Part shown: piece by piece, positions 52,686 through 64,000 of the stretch | Position numbering within the stretch: the stretch's first letter is position 1 | Layout: each line of letters starts with the position of its first letter | DNA from: Eledone cirrhosa | Lineage: Eukaryota | Direction: 5' to 3' | DNA: 64,000 nt | NCBI GenBank assembly: GCA_964016885.1 | Contig: OZ024741.1 | Span: forward strand, 353,648,001 to 353,712,000 | Translations under genes and position numbers: made by a program | The notes under the pieces: model-generated | Seen by the model: the letters and a program-made list of their open reading frames with translations, nothing else | Databases searched by the model: none | What the model was told of the DNA's origin: nothing

Positions 52686-53755
52686 GTCCGGTATTGAAAT
52701 AATGTTTCTTAAAATCACTTCACTATTTCCAAAGGCACATCAGATAACACTTACAACAATTACATTTCATTGGACTTGGATTGTTACAGTTGCAGTGTTT
52801 GCTAGATACTGTTGTTGTCAATATATAATGGTAAGGTCCATTCTTGCTTATATACACATATATAACCAAGTCCGAACATAAAAGAACCAAACTCACATTG
52901 TCATTGCCTCCGTCTCCCCCGCTCTCCCAATCTCTCACTATTGTGAGCAAAATGGGGGCCCACGTGCCGGCCGCTCCGCGGCACCGGCAGACAGAATAGA
53001 GAAGGCGTTTCTCTCGGAGGATGGTAGAGGAGACGCATTGGAAGGACCATTCCCGTTGGCGACGCTCACACCATTTCCAATATTGAAATAACGTTTATAT
53101 GTAGATTAACTGTTGTAAGAAGAGAATAAACATTAGCATCGTCTATTTCAAACTGAATGTTAACATAAAAAAACTAATGTTCGGACATTCTACAATATAT
53201 ACAGTGTGACTAGGAGCTAAGGCTGAAAGAAGCATTTCATTACAATTTGGCTTATTTTACTTATTTTAATGTGATGGTTACAGACGAATAAATCAACTCG
53301 GATCTAATTAGAAAGCCAATAGCTAGTCTAGAAATGGTGTTAATACGCAACAATATCCTGAATTAGATAAAATATATGGATATATGCGTTGTTTTTTAGA
53401 CAGAGATAATATGTATGTTAGAACGTGTAGCTGTGTAAATGTGTGTATATGCATATAAACATGTCATTTTATATATGTGTGTATATATGTGTCTATATAT
53501 GTGAACATGTAAGTATTCACATACTCTATTGTCTAGCAACGTGTTGATGATATAAATCCTACTTTACACGTCGTCTGTTTGTATACAATTATCTGTACAT
53601 GTCAAGAGTTGTATAAACGCAGATACTAAGGCACTCACACACACACACACACACATATACACTCACAAACATACATACACTCACAAACATACACATATGT
53701 ATGTATGAGTATATATATTCATATATATATATGTATATGTATATATACGTATATA

Positions 53756-53807
<52 letters not shown>

Positions 53808-53856
53808 TATATATATATATATATACATATATATACATATAATATACATATATATT

Positions 53857-53907
<51 letters not shown>

Positions 53908-54835
53908 AAGTATATCGATAGAAAAATCAACATTTATCTTTTAAAACCATATTTATTTCCTTACAGATGTTTCAAGGGAGTAGTACATCCAATTATTTGA
54001 AAAGTTATGAAACATTTCGCATAATCTATATCCATATATAGACTTAATTGTACATTCCCTCTTTTCAGAAGAGCTATAGAATGTTTCAAAAGAAGTGAGT
54101 GTGTGTTTGAAATACCAAATTTACCTTAGACAGGAGTGATGAAGCTACGGCATGATTTATTTGTACAGTGCAAATATAAAAGATTTAACAGTTTTTCTAT
54201 GTGGTTCTCGTATCGTTATTTTTCTAACTTTAAAGAAATAAAAAATAAAAAAAGATTTATTCAAAAACAAAAACACAAACCTTACTTTACATCTAATACA
54301 GGAAAATAATTCAAAAACGGAAAAAAAAACCTATTTTAATTCTAATAAAGGAAAATAGTTCGTGAAATTTAACTTTCTTTTTTTACTCGGTTGAAGGGGG
54401 GGGGGGGGGTAAACCAATTTAAAATGAATAGCATTTAAAATTCATGTATATAAAGGGACATATTTACATTCACATTTACATGATGTATCTGACAATCTTA
54501 TTCATTGTTGAGCCCTTTACGAAGTAAAACCATGGATCTCATACATGCCAGTTTCTATTTTCCAAATCATATACACTGTGCAAGGCTGATACAATTTGGC
54601 ACTAGTGATGTCGTCGCAGGTGTTGTCAGAACGTGAAGGACCAAGAAAGGTTGTTTCTTTTCACCGCGGTAACGATTCTCTTAATTTGCCGCCAATAATA
54701 GTAAAATATCACACACATACACTCATATACACTTACACACATACGCACACATATTTATATGTATACATGTGTGTGTCCATGTATGTGTGTATGTGAGTGA
54801 GTGTATTGTCATTGCAAGTATGTATATATGTAAGT

Positions 54836-54920
54836 ACTGGGTCATTATGTATGAAATTTGTAAGAATTTGTAGAAAAAAAAACACTTTTCTACAAATTCC
54901 ATACTTGACGACCCAATATA
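54836..54920. mobile_element. Small mariner-type MITE
   Basis: tactgggtcattatgtatgaaatttgta / tacaaattccatacttgacgacccaata imperfect TIRs, with TA ends. Confidence 0.55.
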
Positions 54921-55161
54921 CGCGTTTTTGTTTTGTTTGTGTGTTTGTGCGTGTAAATATTATTTTCTGTTAAATATATTTTTCCTTCTTTATTTTCGTA
55001 TAGTTCAGAATAAATTAATTGAGATAAATAGTTGCTGTGATTGATTTTCAAATGACAAAATCAAGATGTCTTCTCTGTTTTGTAATACCGTGATATTATC
55101 TCTGTGTGTCTGTTTCACTCTTTTTATATATATTTACACACACACACACACAGACACACAC

Positions 55162-55227
<66 letters not shown>

Positions 55228-55281
55228 ATATTTATATATGTATGTGTGTATACGTATATATATATTTGTAATGTATATATA

Positions 55282-55348
<67 letters not shown>

Positions 55349-55763
55349 GTGTGTGTATGTGTGTAACTATACATATATATACATTTATGTATGTATGTGT
55401 GTACGTATGTGTGTGTGTGATTTGTTTATATATTGTCTGTATGTATGTATGTGACAGAGACAGAGAGACAGAGAGTGTGAGGGAGAGAGAGACCGTTCTG
55501 TCCAATGCCCATATACGTACAACCGTCAAATGACTTCCCATTGACTAATCGTTCAATCTTTCAAGTGCAATTCGCACACTTTAAACTATTTCCAGACAAC
55601 TCAATTTCCCCTTTATTTTCTTTATTATTTTACATTTACGTAGATTTAACTTGCCAACTATGTTATCAGATCTTCATTTATCTTTTCATCATTAGCCAGA
55701 AGCAACGACAGTTAAAACATCGATGATATAGTTTTCCTGTAAAGCATTTCATCTTTCTGTCTT

Positions 55764-55798
<35 letters not shown>

Positions 55799-55804
55799 TA
55801 TATA

Positions 55805-55899
<95 letters not shown>

Positions 55900-55912
55900 T
55901 ACATATATAAAC

Positions 55913-55976
<64 letters not shown>

Positions 55977-56561
55977 ATATTATCATTATTATTTGAAACT
56001 TTCTTTGAATTCTGCTTCTTTCCCAAATCATGCCGAGTGTCAACCTGCCTGAGGCAAAATTTGATATTACATACATTTTATAATCAATTGTCATACAAAT
56101 GATGCCACAAGGCCACAGACAACAGTAAATATCTTTGCAAGGTTTTTAAATTAATAATGCCCTTCTCACGACTAGTCAGCACATGGCTTTCCAGATATCT
56201 GGTCCAAATTTTTTTCAGTGCCCTTTTTTATCATTCCAAGTGCACCGACTATCATTGGTAATGTACAGGCCTTATAAAACCTGCACATTACCTAGTATAA
56301 TTATTGCCTCACTCTACCAATCCTCGTTTTGTACTCCTGGGGAGCTAATATTTTGCAGCCTGAACGAGAATCGACACTTAAGTGTGTTCGGCTTCCTGTA
56401 TTCGCTTTTGTATTTATAAACTATCGTGTACAAACTTCACATTGATATTTTGATACAGTATATCTGACAATTTTCATCATTTGGAAATGCTGTCTCCTAC
56501 GAATTATTCAAAATATTGTCTTCCTTAACAACCCAAACGTTTAGTCAATCAATCATGACTG

Positions 56562-56664
<103 letters not shown>

Positions 56665-57020
56665 AATCTGGTTTTCATGGTTTGTGTTTGTTAATATTTC
56701 TATCTACTATTTCTACTTTATGTAATTTTTATACATTTACAATTTCAACTCGACTCTTGTCTCGTTCCCTTGTCAAAGTCTGACCCTTTAAGTGTTTATG
56801 CTATTAATTTTATAAGATATTTTTTCGGAAATTTTAGGCTTATACTGTGTAGAAAAAAATATATATCTATTTTATTTTCAGTTCTTTTGTATATACATAT
56901 TATTTTCTACTATTAGCTTCACTTTATTTTTTTAGGTATTTCAGGTTTATGATGCAGTAGAAATATTCTTCTGAAACTACGACACACGAAATGCTTCATT
57001 ATTAAAAATTTTTTAAGAAG

Positions 57021-57210
57021 GGCGATGGATTGGCAGTATCGGTAGAGGGTCGGACGCCATGCTTTCCAGCATAGTTACGTCCCTTTACGATCTGAATTCA
57101 AATCCCGCCGAGGTTGACTTTGCCTTTCATCCTTACGGGGTCGATAAAATAAAGTACCAGTAATGCACTGGGTAATTGCTGGCCTTGTGCCTAAAGTAGA
57201 AACAATTATT
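57021..57210 (+). mobile_element. tRNA-derived SINE, family 1, young subfamily
   Basis: Nearly identical to 52487-52685 and 62818-63005. Flanked by ttattaaaaatttt repeats. Confidence 0.95.
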
Positions 57211-57792
57211 AAAAATTTTAATTATTATTCAACACTATCTAAATTGATTCAAACTCGCCAGCGTTCTACACTCGGCGTCTCTGTAAAATGCTTTCCACCT
57301 CTCTGATATTGATTCCTGTACTTTCCTATTCTAATAACTTAGACGAATTGAAAAACTGATGCTATATTTGGACCACAAACAAATCACCCAACAGGAGATT
57401 CATACAGACCATTTGTAAATCGAGAAACTGGCAAATCAAATTATAGCATATAATACAACAGGAAACGATATTACATAATTAGAAAAATACTATAGTATAT
57501 CAGGCCTTACCTCTCTACACAAAAACATCATCATGTAACATAATATTATATTACGTCATCTATTACCTCACACCATGTTGTATAATACCACACTACCCTA
57601 TACTCTATCACACCATAGAATATCAGTAAGAATAGCCAAAACATATTGCATTTCATTAAACATATCATAAGACTATTTCATAAGGCATTGTATGGTACAT
57701 ACAATATCTTATCGTTGGATACATCATCAAATTATATGACATTATATCGCATTAGAAATCCTTGTGCATTTACAGCACCAGACAATATAAAT

Positions 57793-57915
57793 TCACTCAA
57801 CATCAAACAACATTATACCACTCAACATGAAACAACATTATACCACTCAACATCAAACAACATTATACCACTCAACATCAAATAGCATTCTACCACTCAA
57901 CTCCAAACAATATTA
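57793..57915 (+). repeat. 25-bp minisatellite within a larger degenerate repeat
   Basis: About 4.5 copies of ctcaacatcaaacaacattatacca. Confidence 0.85.
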
Positions 57916-58654
57916 CGCAACACAATGGAATATCGCACCACAAAATATACAATGTTTTCAATTTTATAATTGAAAGCAAGAGTGAAAAAATATCACAGCA
58001 AAGATGTTGTCAAAAAAGCATTATAAAAGAGCAAAGTGAGAGTTTTCTTTTACATCAATTTCGATGTTTCAGAAGATAAGCGAACACATTTCCGTTCCCT
58101 ATTCTCCTGTAAATTTAAAAAGCAGAATACAATATCATGAAAAAATAAAATGAAACACATAACATGGTGGAAATAAAAGACTAAGTGAATAAAAAGCCAA
58201 ATGATGCTTCCAAGAAATCGAAACAACAAAGTTCGATTTCACATCACTTGAATTTCAATCAGCATTTACTCAAGCTTTTCCATTGATATTCAGAGTAGCT
58301 TTCATTCTTTTAATAACGATTGGACGAAGAAAGCTTTCATTTTGGTGCCGAAACTTTATATGATCGGTACATATCGATTATCACTAGACAGCCTGCTGAA
58401 AGCTCTATATAGAAAGTTGTATAGATTGGTGTACAATCTATATGAACACACACACATAAACATATTCTTATATTCCATATATTTATGTATATATTCACAT
58501 AGAGTTATTAACACTCCCTTGTTTATATTTGAGTATATATAAAGCAGGGCGCATGTACATGTCTGTGTAAGTATATCAATTCAATATGTTTGGTAAACCT
58601 ATAGGTTTCTATGTGTATGTGATTCGGATTGCTTGAGTTCCTCTGTGCGAGTGA

Positions 58655-58687
<33 letters not shown>

Positions 58688-58825
58688 TTATTACAGGTTG
58701 AATCGGAGGTAACAACAGTAAGTAAGGTACTCAATACATAGCAGAGAATAAAAGTTTTAATATAGAAGAGCTTCAATATTAAGACTTATATTAAAACTTA
58801 TATTAAAACTTATATATATATATTT

Positions 58826-59050
58826 GTGGGAGGTACCGTCCTGACGAAGACCAGTCAAGTCTGAAATGCATAGATGGTTGTCCCCCTTGCTTCTGCTGGA
58901 CACCACCAGAGGGCGTTAGGCCCGGCGTTTGCATAGCTACGGCTTCCAAATGTTTACCCTGTAAACATACCGTGTTTCTTTAGAAATACGAAATTTTTAT
59001 ACATATTTGTATACAGCTATGCTTGAAGCTAAATCCTATTTCTATTATAT
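58826..59050 (+). mobile_element. Hammerhead cassette family D (ribozyme at 58835-58878)
   Basis: accgtc-CTGACGA-agac-cagtcaa-gtct-GAAA-tgca-TA-gatggt. Same 3' end ..cctatttctattatata as at 22253. Confidence 0.88.
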
Positions 59051-59614
59051 ATATATATATACACATATATATATATATATATGTGTGTGTGTGGGGGGGG
59101 TGTATGTGTGTGTGTATGTGTGTGTGTGTGTGACTATGTGTATGTTTTGGTGTTCCAAGTCTCATAAACGAGGATCGTCGTTTATTATAATGTTTCGTAA
59201 AATCAGAAAGCTCGGTGATTCATCATTACAAAACTATTACCATCAAGTTATCTAAAGGGTAGCCTCAAATAACCATTTTGATACTTGCATCATCTAATCA
59301 TTTGATATACATATCATTGTTCTAAAGCTTTACATCTTTCCTACTTGTAGTCAGACTACAATAAACCTGATGCTCTGATCTCTCCATTGCAACCGTCTAT
59401 ACTGCAAATTTTTGTTTTGGTCTCCGGTCTGTGTATATCATACGTTATTACGTTATTTGCCGTTTCCTACAGATCTTTTCCTTTGTTGATCTAAACTGTA
59501 TTTATATGTATATGTATGTAAATAGACATATCGATAGACACATATCGATAGACACACTCATAGAAACACACACATACACACACACACACATATATATGCA
59601 TATATATATAAATA

Positions 59615-59683
<69 letters not shown>

Positions 59684-59749
59684 TAAAATAACATTAATTT
59701 ATTAAAATATGTATATATGTATATATATATATATAAATATATATGTATA

Positions 59750-59831
<82 letters not shown>

Positions 59832-60650
59832 GAGAGAGAGAGAGAGACAGAGAGATACACACACATATATATACATATATACATATATATATATTTATCT
59901 ATCTATTTATTTATTTAATTCATTAATTCTATAAATACATGAATGTGTGTGTGTATATATATATATATATACATGAATATATACATACGTATTTATATGC
60001 ATAGGCACACATATATACACTTACACATATATATATATATATAATATATATATAAGTACAAACATCATTGCTTGCTTCAATTAACCAATATAAGCTTGGT
60101 TTCTTGCAGAGTATTTCAGTGAACGTCAACTCATAAGACGAATCTATCACTCACTTAGCACCCATTACAAGTAAAATTTCATAGTTGAATTCTTTAACGA
60201 AAATTCTTGTTTTAACTTTCATTTTTATATGATCTAAATCATTTCTGATTTCTTTTTCTCAGTTATATTTTCCTTTGATTCCTAAATAAAAAAAATATTT
60301 AGTGAAACTATTTTTATCCGTTAGTTGCAATAGTTTCACTGAAGATTGATATACTTACTAAATAACTGACAAGAATACAACACTATAGATGCAGAAACAA
60401 CGTTTCTCCACTCTCTACGTTTCTAAAGTTCGGGGACGTTGTAATATTTCTGCACGATTCTGTAGCATAATTCAACTGAACTACTGAGAAAAGTTAACTT
60501 AATTTTTTCTATTCCGCTACACGTATGAATGTTACATGGTGATCACTTACTTTGTAATTTTATATGTAATGATAATTCTAAAACGTCTCTAAGAACTCAA
60601 TGCAATGCTTCCCGTGAATACTATATTAGTTTATCTATCTATCTATCTCT

Positions 60651-60730
<80 letters not shown>

Positions 60731-60736
<6 letters not shown>

Positions 60737-61267
60737 GGAATAGAATGAAACGAAACTTCATTTCTCACTCTTAGTACGGCACTTACTTAAATCTTAGTAT
60801 GTATGTATGTATACGTACATACATATATGTATACAGACGTACAGTAGTATGTATATATATACATACATGCACACACATATATATGCACGTATCGGTTTAC
60901 CCAACATTTATTATAATGCTCGGTTTGTTTGTTTGTAAAAAACCAAACAGCCCGAATTACGCCGTACAGTGTTTAGGCATCCACGTCACCTTTTTGTTCA
61001 ACGCTGACACAGGAACGATGTACTAGTTTCAAGCATCTTAGCTATCGTCAGCATCGTATACCTTCCTGCCAGATAGTTGAACGTCTGAAAGTATATACTT
61101 TCCTTATGCATATTAACGGCTGAGCAGCCTAATTTGCATATCGAGTGAGTTCAGTCCGCCGGGCACACCGAAAACGATAAATGGAATAGAATGAAAGGAA
61201 ATTTCATTTCTCACTCTTAGTACGGCACTTACTTAAATGTAAGTATGTATGTATACGTACATACATA
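60731..61267 (-). mobile_element. Retrozyme-like non-coding unit with ~90-bp terminal direct repeats (period 446 bp)
   Basis: 60731-60824 is repeated at 61177-61267. Central hammerhead, no credible ORF, flanked by (TA)n. Confidence 0.7.
61015..61057 (-). ncRNA. Type I hammerhead ribozyme, family I
   Basis: acgatg-CTGACGA-tagc-taagat-gctt-GAAA-ctag-TA-catcgt. Perfect 6-bp stem I and palindromic helix III. Confidence 0.9.
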
Positions 61268-61570
61268 CTTACATATATATATATATTATTATATTTAGGA
61301 TGGGTCATATTGTTATAATAATAAATGTTTCTACTTTTGGCACAATTACCCCAGTACATTACTGGAACGTTAATGCACTGGGTAATTGCTGGCCTTGTGC
61401 CAAAAGTAGAAACAATTATTATTTCTGGCAATATTGCCAGAAATGATAATAAAACACACTAACTGCTTGGTTTGAATTGCTTTTCGCTTCTGTATATTTT
61501 ATATCCTGATAGTTAATTTAGCTGGCAATCAATGTTTATCATGTATATATATACATATATACATATATAT

Positions 61571-61619
<49 letters not shown>

Positions 61620-61874
61620 AAAGTAAGTCCATAGAATCATTTGATAAAATATATACAGTATTTCTCCTCCCAATCAGCATAATCAACCACATAAAAAATC
61701 AATTAAACGAGGCTATAAGTTTAAAATGTACCTATGAAGAAACATTAGATAAATAAATGATTGCTATTTTATCCGCGATCCACAGCCACAGAAGATTTAC
61801 CCATTATTTCTAATAGCCCGTAGAATAGATATATCTATGGCTCTGTCTAGTTTATATATATATATATATATATG

Positions 61875-62340
61875 TTATAAGAACAGATTAAAGTTTAAGC
61901 AAAAATCTCTGCTTTAACCCTTAACGGGATCCTTCTGAGACTAAAATAAACCAATCTGTGGACGCTTCTAACATAGCTGTATACAAATATGTATTGGAAT
62001 TTCATATATCTAAAGAAATACGGTATGTTTATAAATAAACATTTAGAAAGCCATAGCTATGAATAATACTGGCAGCCAACACCACTAAGTGCTGACCGGC
62101 AAAAGTAAGGAGGACAATCGTCGATGCATTTCGAAGTCAACTGGTCCTCGTCAGGACGTTATCTCCCGCTCTCGCAACTGACGAGAACCAGTTGAGTTTG
62201 AAATGCATCGACGATTGTCCCCCTTGCTTCTGTCGGGCACCGCTTGGTGGTGTTGGCTACTAGTGTTATTCATAGCTATAGCTTTCTAAATGTTTATTCA
62301 TAAACATATCGTATTTCTTCAGAAATATGAAATTCAAATA
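61875..62340. mobile_element. Head-to-head pair of family D hammerhead cassettes
   Basis: Minus-strand core at 62117-62160 (CTGACGA..GAAA-tgca-TC) and plus-strand core at 62178-62215. The arms are inverted. Confidence 0.85.
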
Positions 62341-62382
62341 CATACATATACACACACACACACACATATATATATATCTATA

Positions 62383-62449
<67 letters not shown>

Positions 62450-62462
62450 ATATATGTGTATA

Positions 62463-62526
<64 letters not shown>

Positions 62527-62817
62527 GTTAAATATTAGACAGGAACAACAAACAGAGAGGCAGTACAAATGGTAGTTTATTAGGTTCACGCTTTTGAGAG
62601 TGTGATGGGGGACATATATATGTATATATATATAGTAATAAAAATAAATTTGAAGATTAAAATCCAACGAGGGCTCGATAAGGATAAATTTCAGAAGATC
62701 CCGTTAAGATGTGTGTGTGTGTGTGTGTATCATAATATAATAAAGTGAGGAGTGAGGCATTGTGTCCTGAAAATATTTTTTATCCCGTTAATAAAATGTG
62801 TCGGATTGCTTTGAATA

Positions 62818-63005
62818 AATAATTGTTTCTACTTTAGGCACAAGGCCAGCAAATTACCCAGTGCATTACTGGTACTTTATTTTATCGACCCCGTAAGGAT
62901 GAAAAGCAAAGTCAACCTCGGCGGGATTTGAACTCAGATCGTAAAGGGACGTAACTATGCTGGAAAGCATGGCGTCCGACCCTCTACCGATACTGCCAAT
63001 CCACC
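62818..63005 (-). mobile_element. tRNA-derived SINE, family 1, young subfamily
   Basis: Near-identical to the reverse complement of 57021-57210. Confidence 0.95.
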
Positions 63006-63607
63006 AATGAATGAATATTACATAATTTATGTACTCAATTTCGTAGCTGCTGATTAAACATAAATATTCTTATATATTTTAAGATTCACTTCTTTTAAAA
63101 TTTTCAAATCTCAATACTTCCGGTTATGATATAACAGAAGCTCTATTATATCGCTTATATAAACGTTCATATATTTGCATCGTTATATCATAACGTTTAT
63201 ATTACGTATAATATCAATATGCACACTACACATACTAGCAGAAAACCTCCCAAAGGGTAATTTTTCTGCTAGTATATATAACTGTTGTAGGGTTGCAGGT
63301 AAATGGGTCCGTAGGCGGTATGCCGGTTGAGCACTCGATGCTGGCGCAGACATATTTAAGGAACCTTTGAATGCAGAGTCAGGTTCGATCTGTAACAGAT
63401 CCTGCCTCGAGCTGGCCGACGGAGAAACATATGTAATATGATAATAAATTGTGGTTTGATGCATTACTGATTCCTCGTTATCTATCATATATATATAATA
63501 AATGTAATCTGAGTTTTTCGAATGTTAATAATAACATTCGATTCGTTTGCAATTATGCAAACAAACCTCATTTTAAAAGCCATGTCAGTAGAATGAGCCC
63601 TTCATTC

Positions 63608-63961
63608 TTGCTCTTGTTTTGGCATGTAAACAGACCTGCAGACACTAATGTTTCTGGGTATCACCCTTCATCAGTACAGCTCACTGTTCACCTGCCAACT
63701 CTCAGAGCTAGTGAAAATATATGCTACTTTCTAAAATATACCGTGACTGATCAATGGATCTGCTAATATGCAGGTCTGACTGATCAGCCGGTCTGCTAAT
63801 ATGCAAATCAGGCCGATCAGTCACTGTGTATTTTAGAAAATAGCATATATTTTCACTAGCTATGACAGTTTGGCAGGTGAACAGTGAGCTGTACTGATGA
63901 AGGGGGATACCCAGAAACATTAATGTCTGCAGTTCTGTTTACATGCCAACACAAGAGCAAT
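63608..63961. mobile_element. Foldback cassette with two divergent intact hammerheads, family G
   Basis: Arms of about 145 bp. Plus 63889-63932 reads ctgta-CTGATGA-agggggataccca-GAAA-cattaatg-TC-tgcag. Minus 63636-63679 has the same motif. Confidence 0.9.
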
Positions 63962-64000
63962 ATCAACTAGAAATTGATTGACATATATATATATATCTAT

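Overview
Eukaryotic, AT-rich, microsatellite-saturated non-coding DNA. The SINE families and (TA)n/(CA)n density suggest a coleoid cephalopod, probably an octopod (inference). No host protein-coding gene can be identified with confidence, and most ORFs in the track are microsatellite artefacts. The window is a mosaic of mobile elements: several Penelope-like elements (PLEs; one near-complete decayed RT+GIY-YIG copy with pseudo-LTRs and an inverted partial copy, plus fragments of other lineages), Tx1/L1-type LINEs (one young 5'-truncated copy with a 20-bp TSD), an internally deleted Gypsy LTR element, a non-autonomous Helitron, hAT and Tc1/mariner MITEs, RTE-derived pieces and about 15 tRNA-derived SINEs. 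The most striking signal is a dense population of type I hammerhead ribozyme motifs, about 15 full or near-full copies from at least 7 unrelated sequence families plus several half-motifs. Most sit in short non-coding cassettes inside (TA)n tracts, often as head-to-head foldbacks. One is a 446-bp terminally redundant, ORF-less, retrozyme-like unit. Coordinates were read by eye and may be off by a few bases.
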